Origin: Octopus vulgaris
Lineage: Eukaryota
DNA: 64,000 nt
Reading direction: 5' to 3'
NCBI GenBank assembly: GCA_951406725.2
Contig: OX597827.1
Span: 16,492,001-16,556,000 of the forward strand
The notes below the pieces were generated by a model. The model made no database searches and was not told where the DNA came from. It saw nothing but the letters and a program-made list of their open reading frames with translations. Shown piece after piece: positions 24,626 through 37,825 of the stretch. The position numbers and the translations under genes were made by a program. Position 1 is the stretch's first letter. Every line of letters starts with the position of its first letter.

Positions 24626-25868
24626 CTTCTTTATTCAAATTTTCTTCCATTTCTCGCCTTCGGGGTCAATAAAATAAGAACCAGTCAAGCGGTGGATTGA
24701 TGTAATCGACTTATTCCTTCTCTCAAACTTTCATAAGAATCCTTTCTACAATGGTCATGAGGGCCATTGTAAAAACGGTTCTTCCTTATCGTCTTCTTGA
24801 AAAACGTGTTCACTTGTTTTTCTGTTTATGGATTAGATTCTGTCTATTTGTTTTTGAAAAAATCTGATTATTATCTATGTGTCGTAACGCGTGGGAGTAT
24901 CACAAAGAGAAGCAAGAAAATGTCTTTTCTTGCCATGTTTCGTCAAACGACATTTCCGACGCTTTAAATTTCCTTCGCTTATCTGTTCTCAAGCATGCGC
25001 GTAGCAGCGGAAGAGGTGCTCGCCGCAGTAATGGCTTTTACTAATATAAACAAGTACGCCCTCCAGTCAAACGATCGTGAAAAGCAAAGGAACGTTTGAA
25101 TAATTTAAAAAGAAACATAAAACATAAAACACGAAGGCTTATAACACAGAACAAACAGACACACGCGGAGAAAATAAATAACATTGTGGCAAATAACAAT
25201 AATAATAATAATAATATTGATTTAAACAACCGAAGCGAAAAGGGAAACAAAACGATGACAGTAGTTACAACAACAGCATCAGCAGCAACAACAACAACCC
25301 CCACCTACACACAAACTTTGTTAAATAAAAGTAACGATATAAATTTGAATGAAAGAGCAATTTCAACCTTTTGCAAACTACTTCCAACAGTCGAGTTTAA
25401 AAGCACGAAGATTTTAGATGAAAGAATGGCAGCATGCATGCTAGCAATATTTGAAAACGAAAGTAGGTGTATTTTACGCACAAATGAAAGAAACTGCTGG
25501 GACATTCCTTGTATTCACGAAAAAAATCTTTTGGGGAAATCCTCACTGACAGATAGAACGAGGCCTGCTACACAGAGAGAAGGAAAACATTAATCACAAA
25601 TATAGGTTATTTTTGAAACAGATACACTGAGTCAGTTCGTCACAAACCTGCCCAGAGAATAACCCGACAGTTTTTCGGATAAAACCACGAGGGTTACCGT
25701 TAAAAATATAATATATAGGTAACGGTGTTGACCCCAGCTCTTGGGTATTTTCGTAACTCAATTTGGGATGTTGGTCGATGGTATTGTGATCTTTTGGCAT
25801 TATTTCGTTGCGTGCGGCTACTATGGACATGCAAGTTCTTGTGATCCTACAAAATCATAAAATGATCT

Positions 25869-26260
25869 TTTCTACTCTAGGCACACAGTCCGAAATTTTG
25901 GGGGAGTGGGCCAGTCGATTAGATCGAGCCCAGTATGCAACTGGTACTTAATTTATCGATCCCGAAAGGATGAAAGGCAAAGTTGACCTCGACGGAATTT
26001 GAACTCAGAACGTGAAGACTGACGAAATACCTATTTCTTTATTACCCACAAGGGGCTAAACACAGGACAAACAAGGACAGACAAACAGATTAAGTCGATT
26101 ATATCGACCCCATTTTTTCACTAATACTTAATTTATCAACCCCGAAAAGATGAAAGGTAAAGTCGTCCTCGGCGGAATTTGAACTCAGAACGTAACGGCA
26201 GACGAAATACCGCTCAGCATTTCCCCCGGCGTGCTAACGTTTCTGCCAGCTCACCGCCTT
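25869..26260 (-). mobile_element. Group B SINE dimer
   Basis: 16-bp TSD aatcataaaatgatct (25853-25868, 26261-26276). Confidence 0.9.
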
Positions 26261-27468
26261 AATCATAAAATGATCTGGCATGAAAAGTCTTACGACTGGT
26301 CGTTCATAGTGGAATGTCATGTTGCTAGACGTCATATTAAAAATCATTTAAACGCTTTCTTCCTAGAAGAGGGGAGAAATCTGTTAAAAGAAAGGTGGTT
26401 GGGTGGGGGAAGAAACACCAGACGCGGCTCTGAAAGTTTCGAAGGTGAGCACCTCTTCCTTATCTCCAGGAGATGACCAGAAGGTGAAATTGAATTTTGC
26501 AATCAAAGTTCTACGCGAAACAAAGAAAGAGCTGATAGATTTAACAAATGACACGAGACACACGAAAGGAGTAGCAATGAGTTAGTTGGCGGGGGAGATA
26601 CAGAATAAGTGATAACTGAGAAGGATTAGTGAGATGCCAGAACTTCAATAGAAATTTAGAGAAACGCCTGCAAGGTCCGAAATATTCTGGTCTTCAGATA
26701 GTCTGAGAATCAGAGGCTTTTGTATATTGCAATATCGTAGCATTCGCTACGGTGCATAAAGTGCATCTCTTTTGTTCCATTAATATAAGACTTTTCTCTC
26801 TAATTTTCCACTTACCTTTTTGTATAATCTTATATCTTATGGACGAAAGAAGGAGTCATACATGAATAGGCACCTACAATTTTAAGCTGGGTAAACCTAG
26901 AGTTACGTTATATTAAATGAGCTTGAACACCGTTACTATTAATCTATTATCGTAAAATCACCATTTTCAATTTTCTCATTAATCTTGCTTGAAATCTTTT
27001 CAGTGATGAACTCTGCTGATATTCAAGTTATATTTGTAAGTCTAAATCTAGCATTGATATTAAACTCATCTTCTATTTTGGCTAGGTTTATGAATCTAAT
27101 TTAGGGTTGATATCAAAATCGTATCTGTGATCCTTGGATGTGATAACAGTTTCTCGTTTACGTCGGTATTTAATCCTTTTATCTAATCTCATTCATTATA
27201 TATTTAACTTCTCAATCATTGTCATTGAAAAATTGAGAAGTTGACTTCAAAAAAAAAAAAATTAAAGATATTATCGTTAAAAACTTTCTAATATTTGATA
27301 GGGTCTATTTCATTTACATTATTAATTTTCTCAGAATATATAAACGAATTTGTACTGCTTTCAACCTCATTAAAATCAGAATGGTTTTTGTATCATAAAT
27401 GGTTAACTAACTCTAGAGACCTTAGTTGTTGTAAGAACTGGTTCTTGTTTTTAAGTTGTAGAAGTTTT

Positions 27469-27921
27469 GGATCTTTTCGGTTTGAACGGCAGTTTTTAAA
27501 AATAATTTCCACGTAACTAAACACTTTTAAACTTCGTATACTGGTAGAATGTGTTTATAAAACATCTTCTTCTCTTGGCTTTATTGAGAAAATTCTATAG
27601 TTTGTAAGATATTTGTTTTTTTTCCTTCAATTTCTGAAATTTCAACCAATCAATGACGTCTATTGAGGTGAAAATATTCTGTGCCGTATGATATGTCCCT
27701 CGTTTAAGAAACAGATTGGATTTATTTACATTTGTGAAGAAAAAAAGATACCCTCCCCCCACCCCTAACCCTAACTAACCCTAACTAATCCTAACTAACC
27801 CTAACTAACCCTAACCCTAAAACAGATTGAAATGCAATAGATCGATACTAGGGTCATAATTATGGGTGACAATTTCATATGGCACCGCTAGAAAAAACTG
27901 CCGTTCAAACCGAAAAGATCC
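27469..27921 (-). mobile_element. Telomere-repeat-bearing MITE, copy 3
   Basis: Perfect TIRs; TSD gaagtttt (27461-27468, 27922-27929); expanded (CCCTAACTAA)n tract ~27751-27820. Confidence 0.95.
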
Positions 27922-28251
27922 GAAGTTTTTAGAAGTATGCGTATTAGTGTCGTAGACAAAGGCGTTCCCTCTCATATACTGGTCTATTTTTGTGAGCGGT
28001 TTTCGTAAAAGTTTCTTTGATGGTGTTGGTACATAATCCAAATATCAACGATCCGTGTTTATGATGCAGATTAAATCTATGAAGAGGGCTGAACTTAATC
28101 GTGAAATGCCAATCATTCAGCAAATTTACAGCTACGACTTCGAGAGACTTGTAACACGTAGGAAGAGCCTGATATACTGCATACAGTATAATTGAAATTC
28201 AGACGCTCATAATTAGATACAGTACCATACAGTATAATTGAACTACCATTA

Positions 28252-28947
28252 GGAAGCACTCTGTCGTTTACGACAACGAGGGTTCCAGTTGATCCGAATC
28301 AACGGAACAGCCTGCTCGTGAAATTAACGTGTAAGTGGCTGAGCACTCCACAGACACGTGTACCCTTCACGTAGTTCTCGGGGATATTCAGCGTGACACA
28401 GAGAGTGACAAGGCCGGCCCTTTGAAATACAGGTACAACAGAAACAGGAAGTAAGAGTGAGAGAAAGTTGAGGTGAAAGAGTACAGCAGGGGTCACCACT
28501 ATCCCCTGCCGGAGCCTCGTGGAGCTTTAGGTGTTTTCGCTCAATATAATTGAACTACCATTAGGAAACACTCTGTCGTTTACGACGACGAGGGTTCCAG
28601 TTGATCCGAATCAACGGAACAGCCTGCTCGTGAAATTAACGTGTAAGTGGCTGAGCACTCCACAGACACGTGTACCCTTAACGTAGTTCTCGGGGATATT
28701 CAGCGTGACACAGAGAGTGACAAGGCCGGCCCTTTGAAATACAGGTACAACAGAAACAGGAAGTAAGAGTGAGAGAAAGTTGTGGTGAAAGAGTACAGCA
28801 GGGATCACGACCATCCCCTGCCGGAGCCTCGTGGAGCTTTAGGTGTTTTCGCTCAATAAACGCTCACAGCGCCCGGTCTGGGAATCGAAACCGCGATTCT
28901 ATGACCGCGAGTCCGCTGACCTAACCACTGGGCCACTGCGCCTCCAC
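28252..28947 (-). mobile_element. SINE group A (full copy 28564-28947) plus 312-bp tandem duplication of its 3' part
   Basis: TSD tgaactaccat (28551-28561, 28948-28958); duplicated ORFs 28299 and 28611 show a 312-bp period. Confidence 0.9.
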
Positions 28948-29020
28948 TGAACTACCATACAGTATAATTGAAATCCAGACGTTCATAATTATATAATCCT
29001 TTCCGTGTAAGTGATGTGTG

Positions 29021-29093
<73 letters not shown>

Positions 29094-29302
29094 CTGTGTG
29101 TGTGTGTGTATGTGTGTACATAAGGTTACACTACGTAAATCATATGAAATAATTGCTAGTGTGTGAGGTGAAACATTTAATGGTGTATGCTCACGCAAGA
29201 GAAACGAAGCGGATGTAACAAGCGAAGGATCAGCGCTTCGCCCGAGCTGCAACTCATCTTTATTGGTACAATTAGAACGAAGTTTGTTCTCGCATTAATT
29301 TG

Positions 29303-29304
<2 letters not shown>

Positions 29305-29350
<46 letters not shown>

Positions 29351-29411
29351 CACACACACGCGCAGACATATACACAAACGCATATTATATAATGTACAGT
29401 ATATATATATA

Positions 29412-29492
<81 letters not shown>

Positions 29493-29493
29493 G

Positions 29494-29567
<74 letters not shown>

Positions 29568-29578
29568 TAAATATATAC

Positions 29579-29611
<33 letters not shown>

Positions 29612-29614
29612 CAT

Positions 29615-29666
<52 letters not shown>

Positions 29667-29680
29667 ACATGTGTATGTAT
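29305..29680. repeat. (CA)n/(TA)n microsatellite field
   Basis: Direct reading. Confidence 0.95.
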
Positions 29681-29975
29681 ATGGCCCAGTGGTTAGGGCA
29701 GCGGATTCGCGGTCGGAGGAGGATCGCAGTTTCGATTCCCAGACCGGGCGTTGTGTGTGTTTATTGAGCGAAAACACCCAAATCTCCACGAGGCTCCGGC
29801 AGGGGGTGGTGACGACCCCTGTTGTACTCTTTCGCCCCAACTTTCTCTCATTCTTTCTTCCTGTTTCTTGACTAAGGCTGCGATGGACTGGTGTCCCATC
29901 CAGACGGGGGGAACATAGAAACCGGGAAACCGGGCCCATGAGACTGACTAGGCTTGAAAAGGGCGGGCGTATAAA
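29681..29975 (+). mobile_element. Group A-headed SINE with alternative tail 2
   Basis: Group A head and body, then ctgcgatggactggtgtcccatccag...aaaccgggcccatgag...gaaaagggcg. Confidence 0.85.
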
Positions 29976-29999
29976 TAGAAGTATATATATATACATATA

Positions 30000-31880
30000 T
30001 ACCCAGGAAGGATAAGTGAGATACTCAGTGAACAATTTGAAGTGTCATCTCTTCCCCTCTTGGACACATACTGATAAAAAACCCGGCTGAATTCTTTAAT
30101 CCTTCTGATCTAAAAAAAGAGGGGCCAACCATCGATTACATTAGGAGACAGATGTAACAACGGCCATAGAGGAAATGAGATCAAGCTCGGCAACTGGTCC
30201 TAATGTTTTCCCAGCTATTCTCCTGAAGTTATGTAATCAGGCTGCAGCGAAACCACTTCAGATGCTCTTCCAAAGTTTCCTTGCAAGTGGTAAACTTCAT
30301 AAAAAGCTATAAGAAAACATTATATGCTCTATTCACAAAAGTGGAAGCAGAGCAGAGGCCAAAAACTACTAGCCAATTTTTAGTTTTTGATAGTCTGGCC
30401 TCAATATTCCTAGAAGAGAATGACCTGCTGAACAATACACAGCACGGATTTCGTCCAGGAGGAGAATCTGGGTTTTAAAACAACTGCTTGGCCATTCAGA
30501 TATCAGGCATCTGATAAGGTAGATTACAGCATGATATGTCATAAGCTTCGAAACCTTGGCATTGCTAGTAAACTGGGAGAGTGGTTGCATGGTCTCCTTA
30601 AGGATAGAAGTCAGAATGTTCCAGCCAATGTTGCCCTTTCTGAGGAAACTCAAATCCTTAGTGGCATCCCCACCCACAGGGAACTGTTCTGGGGCCATTA
30701 TGTTCATAATAGCCCTCTTAGACATGCCTACGGTTACTCTGACAGCCACTGTCACTAGCTATGCCGATAATACAAAATTATCGCAGGCAATAAAAAAAAC
30801 ATCAAGATGACGTCGCAAGCTTGTAGCGGGACTCGAATTCGATATACAAGTGGGTCGAATACAGATTAATGCTGGAAGATTTCAAGCACTGCACAATCTA
30901 CTCATGAATGCACTACAGCCTGCATATACAGGACCCGAAAGCACTACAATCCCAGAGTTAGAGGCAGTGAAAGACTTGGGGAGCAGTATGTGCAATGACA
31001 TCATTTTATATACACATTACCAAGATGGCAACAAAGTTCAGACAACTGGCAGGGTGGATACTGAGGTCCTTCAAGACAAGAGACCAAGAAATTATGCTGA
31101 CCCTGTGGATAACCTTTGTTTTCAGCCGCCTGGACTACTGCTCCCAATTATGGTCATCACAGTGTCAAACTAACAGCGGAGCTTGGGCAGTCCAACGCCT
31201 CTACATTAAAATGATTGGAACAATGCAGCAGATGAGCTACAGGGGTAGACTGAAAAAACTGCGACATTTCTCCCTGGAGCGAAAGCTCGACAAATATGTA
31301 ATAATCTACATAGGGAAAACTCTTGAAGGGCTAGTACCTAATTTTGGCATTGAGTGTTATACAAATGCCAGAACTGGCCGCCATTGTATTGTACCAATGG
31401 TACCATCCACTTCATCTAAATTCAGGACCAGGTACTGCAATAGTTTGGGGTTCAAAGGTCCATAGCTCTTCAATGCCCTGACACAAAAATTAAGAAATGT
31501 GCATACGGTGGAAGTAGATGTCCTAGAAAACTAAACATCCTCCTCTCCACAATACATATTTTTTTACTACCCACAAGGGGCTAAACACAGAGAGGACAAA
31601 CAAGGACAGACAAACGGATTAAGTCGATTATATCGACCCAAATGCGTAACTGGTACTTAATTTATCGACCCCGAAAGAATGAAAGGCAAAGTCGACCTCG
31701 GCGGAATTTGAACTCAGAACGTAACGGCAGACGAAATACAGCTACGCATTTCACCCGGCGTGCTAACGTTTCTGCCAGCTCGCCGCCTTCTCCTCTCCAC
31801 AATACCGGACGAACAAACAGCCTGACATGAAGCATAGACGAGGGGAGTGGAATCAAACTCCCTTATACACCAAATGGGCA
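30000..31880 (+). mobile_element. Decayed CR1/L2-group LINE ORF2 (reverse transcriptase and C-terminal region)
   Basis: QHGFRPG, HKLRNLGI...GEWLHGLLKDRSQ, YADNTKL (YADD), GWILRSFKTRD...SRLDYCSQLWS, FSLERK...YCNSLGFKGP; several frameshifts. Confidence 0.85.
31556..31789 (-). mobile_element. Group B SINE inserted in the LINE
   Basis: 16-bp TSD ctcctctccacaatac (31540-31555, 31790-31805). Confidence 0.92.
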
Positions 31881-32038
31881 GCAGCTGGGACAAAGACACA
31901 TACAGGAGTGGTGATGTGAAACATCCCAGACTGAGGAAATCAGCTCCAGTATGACCGCAGCTGCATGGCTGAAACGAGTAAAAGAATAAAAGAATTGAAG
32001 AATATATATACAAAATGCATATATATGTATATATATAT

Positions 32039-32250
32039 AACGGGAAGCTTTATGAAAATAAACAAAAGACGAAGGCAGGTGGAAAACAAACGAACAATTG
32101 TATTAGTATGGCGCTCAGGAAATATAAATAAAACAAGTCTTTAACGTTTCGAGCCTACGCTCTTCAACAGAAAGATACACAGAGAGAGAAAAACACAGAA
32201 AGAAGGAGAGAAAAAAATGCGTGCAGTAGCTAACGAATCAACATGGCGAT
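32039..32250 (-). mobile_element. PLE terminal repeat with hammerhead-like motif (32137-32176)
   Basis: Minus strand tcttt-CTGTTGA-a-gagc-gtag-gctc-GAAACGTT-aaaga; (TA)n at both ends. Confidence 0.75.
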
Positions 32251-32260
32251 CTATATATAT

Positions 32261-32542
32261 GTGGAGGCGCAATGGCCCATTGGTTAGGGCAGCGGACTCG
32301 CGGTCTTCCCAGACCGGGCGTTGTGAGTGTTTATTAAGCGAAAACACATAAAGCTCCACGTGGCTCCGGCAGGGGCGTGGAGGCGAACCCTGCTGTACTC
32401 TATCGCCACAACTTTCTCTCACTCTTTCTTCTGTTAGACTGCTCGGTTAGCCAGCGAGGTGGCATCCTTTGAAGGTTAAAACAATGCGAAGCGCATTGTG
32501 ACCAGCGATGTGTAGCAAGATCTGATAGCCTGGTCGTTCACG

Positions 32543-32548
<6 letters not shown>
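32261..32548 (+). mobile_element. Group A-headed SINE with alternative tail 3
   Basis: Group A head, then ccagcgaggtggcatcctttgaagg...gcgatgtgtagcaagatctgatagcctggtcg. Confidence 0.8.
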
Positions 32549-32596
<48 letters not shown>

Positions 32597-33050
32597 TATA
32601 TACATACTCACATATGCGTACGCGCACACACATTTATATATGCAGTACGTAACTGTTTATATAGTATATATAGTATATATATAAATATCATGCATGTTTT
32701 ATGTAATATATATTGTATAGACAGTGTAATAGATCAATACATGCATACACACACACACATATATCCATCCATCTATCTGTCTGTCTGTCTGTCTGTCAGT
32801 CAGTATCTGGATTGTTGTAGATCTGCTAATGAGTATTAGCCGCAAATGATGTAACACATTACGCACGATAGGGATCAATTATTAGCTCTAAAGTATTCTT
32901 CGTTATGCTTCAAAGCAGATCCACTTACGGGTTATAAACTGTAAATATATCCGGCCTTTAACTGTTTTCTCTCTCTCTCTCCTATTTATCTATCTATCTA
33001 TCCATCCGGTGGCTTCCTCCCTTTCTCATCTTCGCCATTTCATACATATA

Positions 33051-33249
33051 CAGGGTGGCCCAAAAGTAGGTTTACAGTTATCACGTAGGCACTTTTTAGA
33101 ACATTTTATTACATCTAAATTTCTCTCTTACAATTAACTAGATTAGCATAGAATAAGGCTTCATATTATCTTTTATAATTAAGATCTAAACTGTTAATAA
33201 ATGAATGCGAAAGATAGCTGGATAACTGTAAACCTATTTTTAGGCCGTC

Positions 33250-33252
<3 letters not shown>
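33051..33252. mobile_element. Tc1/mariner-type MITE
   Basis: TIRs cagggtggcccaaaagtaggtttacagttatc / gataactgtaaacctatttttaggccgtcctg; TA on both sides. Confidence 0.8.
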
Positions 33253-33304
<52 letters not shown>

Positions 33305-33307
<3 letters not shown>

Positions 33308-33484
33308 AGAGTTTACGGAAAAAAACAAAAGACGAAGACAGGTGGTGTACAAAACAAACAGATGTATTAGTATAACGCTCAGGAATAGAAAAAGTCTTTT
33401 ACGTTTCGAGCCTACGCTCTTCTACAGAAAGGGATAAAGAAAAAACAAGGAGAGAAAAAAATGTGTATGTGTGTAGTGGCTAAC

Positions 33485-33487
<3 letters not shown>
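33305..33487 (-). mobile_element. PLE terminal repeat with hammerhead-like motif (33394-33432)
   Basis: Minus strand ccttt-CTGTAGA-a-gagc-gtag-gctc-GAAACGTA-aaaga; abuts (TA)n. Confidence 0.75.
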
Positions 33488-33554
<67 letters not shown>

Positions 33555-33758
33555 TGTGTGTGTGTGTGTGTGTGTAAGTATTTATTTGCATATGAGTGTC
33601 AAACGTACTCAGTACATGCAGTATAATTTATTTATTCGAAGCTGATTTAAAAATCTTCTTGCTTGTGTGCGGTCACCTAAACGAACACATTCGCTCTCTT
33701 ACCAGTGGAGCGTATCACCATCTTCGAATGAGTGTCTGTATACTTACATACATAAATA

Positions 33759-33963
33759 TGAAGGCGTGCAGAAAAGTTCCTGCCTTTGGATAAAAGAAAA
33801 TATAGGAAGATCAGTTAAGATTTTATTCAACATATTCCCCTCTCAGAATATGTTGCAACGGTCCTTCAGTTTTTCTAAGATTTGTAAAAGAACTCGGAAG
33901 GCTGGGCCCCCAACTGGGTCTTTCGCTACACCTTTAAACCAGGAACTTTTCAGTACCCCTTCG
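33759..33963. mobile_element. mariner-type MITE
   Basis: ta|tgaaggcgtgcagaaaagttcctg ... caggaacttttcagtaccccttcg|ta. Confidence 0.75.
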
Positions 33964-34030
33964 TATGTACATACACACATGCATGCATATTTTCCGACAT
34001 ACTAGTCGACGTAGTATGTAGTGTAAACGT

Positions 34031-34321
34031 TTGTTGTTTGTTTCTTCTCGAGCCATCCCTGGTTCATAAGGGCCGGTTTCCCGGTTTCCTTGGCGTATAG
34101 GTTCCCCACCTGGACGGGACGCCGGTCCGTCGCAGGTGAGCTGCAAGATGCAGGAGGAAAGAGTGAGAGAAAGTTGTGACGAAAGAGTCAGCAGAAGTTC
34201 GCCAGTACCTTCTGCCGGAGCTGCGTGGAGCTTAGGTGTTTCGCTCATAAACACACATCGCCCGGTCTGATATTCGAACCCGCGATTCCGCTGCTCTAAC
34301 CACTAGGCCATGTGCCTTCAC
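34031..34321 (-). mobile_element. Group A-related SINE (subfamily with tail-2-type 3' end)
   Basis: Near-identical to 47636-47938; TSD gtagtgtaa(a/g)cgt (34018-34030, 34322-34334). Confidence 0.85.
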
Positions 34322-35228
34322 GTAGTGTAAGCGTGTAGTGCAAACATTCAAATATCGTCATCATGTTTCCAAATCCTGTTGCATCTCATATGGAGTGTTT
34401 GGGTCTTCAAAATCCTCTCTGTATATAAGTCGACCTGCTTTCATTTTTGACTGTGAATTTTTGTCTGAAAAATTCGATTTATATGCCTGAAAATTCAGTT
34501 ATGTATGTGAGGGGCACTTTGTTTTTCTCTTTTAATCTGATTGATGGTAAAAATGTCAGCATGATTAAAGATCGCACACGCGTGGCTTTTGGTAATATAC
34601 AGAGCCAATAGCAGACACAAAGAATTGGAAAATTGTCACGGCATTATTCATTCGAAGGACTAACCATATCCTCAGTGCGAAAACAACCCATTTAGTATGG
34701 CTATAAGACAGCGGCATCCAGACACTCGACATTTCAGATTGAGCGGTATATAACGGTAGGTATTTCTCAGAATTTAACAGCAAAAAATATTGTGACAGCC
34801 GTTTACGGGAAGACCATGATAACAAAGACACTGGAAAGGCTCGAAACTAAGTCGTGACGATGAGAAGTGTTCAAATGAAAGGTTGACATTTTTAGGCACA
34901 TTGATTGATGGTCTCAGTTGTGCGACAGAAAAGAGAACATAAAGGGAGTTTTTAAAGTGGCAGTTCTCATATTCCATTAATCTTTTGTTCTTTCATTTAT
35001 GAACTGGTTTCTGTTATTGCATTGCAGCCGTTTGGGGCACTGCTTTCAGTAATTATAGTCGATATGTCGACTCCAGAGTATTTTCCTGGTAGTTTATTTC
35101 TATTGATTTTACGAAGGTTGAACTGAGAAAATGGATCTTTCGTAATGGGAAATAACTGACTAAATTTCTCTTTTTTGATCACATATGTGTGTATGTGTAT
35201 ATGAAAGAGAGAAAGAGAGAAAGAGAGA

Positions 35229-35276
<48 letters not shown>

Positions 35277-35438
35277 ACGAGAAGAATAGTGAGTGAGAGA
35301 GAGAACGAGAAGAATAGTGAGTGAGAGAGAGAAAGAGAGGAACTACATAGAGTTTAATCTTTGAGATACTACCAATGAGAGTGATAAACACTTGTGCAAC
35401 GTCTGTCCAAATGTATGCATGCATGTTCGAACGTACGC

Positions 35439-35475
<37 letters not shown>

Positions 35476-35866
35476 TGCTTGTATATACATGCACAAACAC
35501 ACACACATAAGGGGAAACTCTTAGAATGAACATAGTAGCGACTACTTCTTGGTGCGTATCGTATCTAGTTTAAGGGAGAGTATATATATACATACACACA
35601 CACACATATATATACATATGTAGATATATATATCTTATCTTATCTAGTTTTAGCTCTCGAGCTGTGGCAATGCTGGGGCACCGCCATTCGGTGTTGCTAC
35701 ATGATTTTACTTCACGAATACTTTTTAGCAATTGACATTTGGTGTATGAGAGAGTTTGATGCAGCTGCCCTCATCTGCACCTCCTGCCTCTATATATATA
35801 TACATTATATATATACATTTACATATATATATGTATATATATATATACATACATAGATACATACAT

Positions 35867-35916
<50 letters not shown>

Positions 35917-36159
35917 ACAAGATCACTAATTTAAATTAAATAACGATCTTATCAAGTGGCAAGCATGGAAATAAAAACCTTCAAAGGTAATAATTATTAT
36001 CAAAATCATAATTTAGGATATCTAAGAGATACCGCCATGCTGAAAATAGCAGCGAAGATCTGACTCTAAAACCACATTAAATGCCCATACAGCACAAGGA
36101 GAGAATACAAAAGGACATGTAAGGCAAGATTAAATAGGATTACCCTGATATTTAGTAAT

Positions 36160-36205
36160 TACATGTATATATCTATATACATATATATATGTATATGTAT
36201 ATATA

Positions 36206-36252
<47 letters not shown>

Positions 36253-36402
36253 ATATATATGTATATACATATATATATATATGTATATATATATGTGTAT
36301 ATACATATATATATGTATATATATGTATATGTATATATATTCATATATGTATATATATGTATATATATATAAGCATATATATGTATATATATGTATATAC
36401 AC

Positions 36403-36434
<32 letters not shown>

Positions 36435-36549
36435 ACACATGTATATGTATATGTATATATATATGTATATATATGCATACGTATATACGTATATATATGT
36501 ATATATAAATACATACATACATATATATATATATAAATATATATATATG
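36160..36549. repeat. Degenerate (TA)n/(TATG) array
   Basis: Direct reading. Confidence 0.95.
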
Positions 36550-36551
36550 TA

Positions 36552-36750
36552 ATCAAAATAAGCAAGAAGGATATCCAGAAGTAAAGCAGTAGGATCTTTT
36601 CACGCAACTCCATTTAATTGAACAATGTAAACGTTACATCCATTTAAATGCATTTAAATGGATGTAATCGTTGCATTGTTCAATTAAATGGAGTTAGCCA
36701 AAACGATCTTACTGCATTACCTCTGGATATCCTTGATGCTTGTTTTGAAT
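36552..36750. repeat. ~100-bp-arm spacerless palindrome
   Basis: Centre catttaaatg|catttaaatg at 36650/36651; arms pair out to caaaataagca / tgcttgttttg. Confidence 0.9.
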
Positions 36751-36837
36751 TTAATCACCTTATTTTGAAATTGTATTGATAATACCGTACTGAATTCTGG
36801 TGCCTCAGCTTAAGTACCATGTTCATCTGAATCTCTT

Positions 36838-36941
<104 letters not shown>

Positions 36942-37019
36942 TTTGTGAAATTTGATTTAGTATTTCTAAATTGAATTTTTCCCTGTAAGTTTGGAATAAT
37001 ATTCCCTCATATTATTATT

Positions 37020-37165
37020 ATTATATACGTATATATATATATACGTATATATATATATATACATATATGTATATATTTGTATATAAATATATGTATATAT
37101 ATGCATATATATATATGTATGTATATATATATTTGTATATACATATGCATATATCTATGTATATA

Positions 37166-37196
<31 letters not shown>

Positions 37197-37756
37197 GTAT
37201 ATATATATATGTATATATATAGTTATGTACATATATATATATATATGTATGCATATATATGTATATATATGCATATATATATATATGTATAGATATGTAT
37301 ACATATATATATATATTCATATTTATATATGTTTATATATGCATATATATGTATATATATGTGTACATATATATGTGTATATATATATACATATATATAC
37401 ATATATATGCATATATATACATATATAGATATACATATATATATATATGTATATATACATATATATGTGTATATATATGTATATGTATATATATATGTAT
37501 ATATACATATATTCATATGTATATATATATATATATATACACACACATATACACACACACATATATATATATATATATATTTATATACATATATGCATAT
37601 GTATATATATATACATATGTATATATATGTATATACCTTCATATGTATATATAAATATGTATATACATATGTATATATATATGTATACATATATAAATGC
37701 ATATATTTATGTTTATATGTGTATATATATTTGTATGTATATGTATATATATGTAC

Positions 37757-37788
<32 letters not shown>

Positions 37789-37825
37789 GCATCCATACAT
37801 AAGTACATACATACATATATATACA

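Noticed and set aside
25096-25593. 165-aa ORF
   Set aside because: TTG start, partly low complexity, no recognisable domain.
34565-35182. Unique-looking segment with short minus-strand ORFs
   Set aside because: No recognisable motif or consistent frame; cannot call an exon or transposase.
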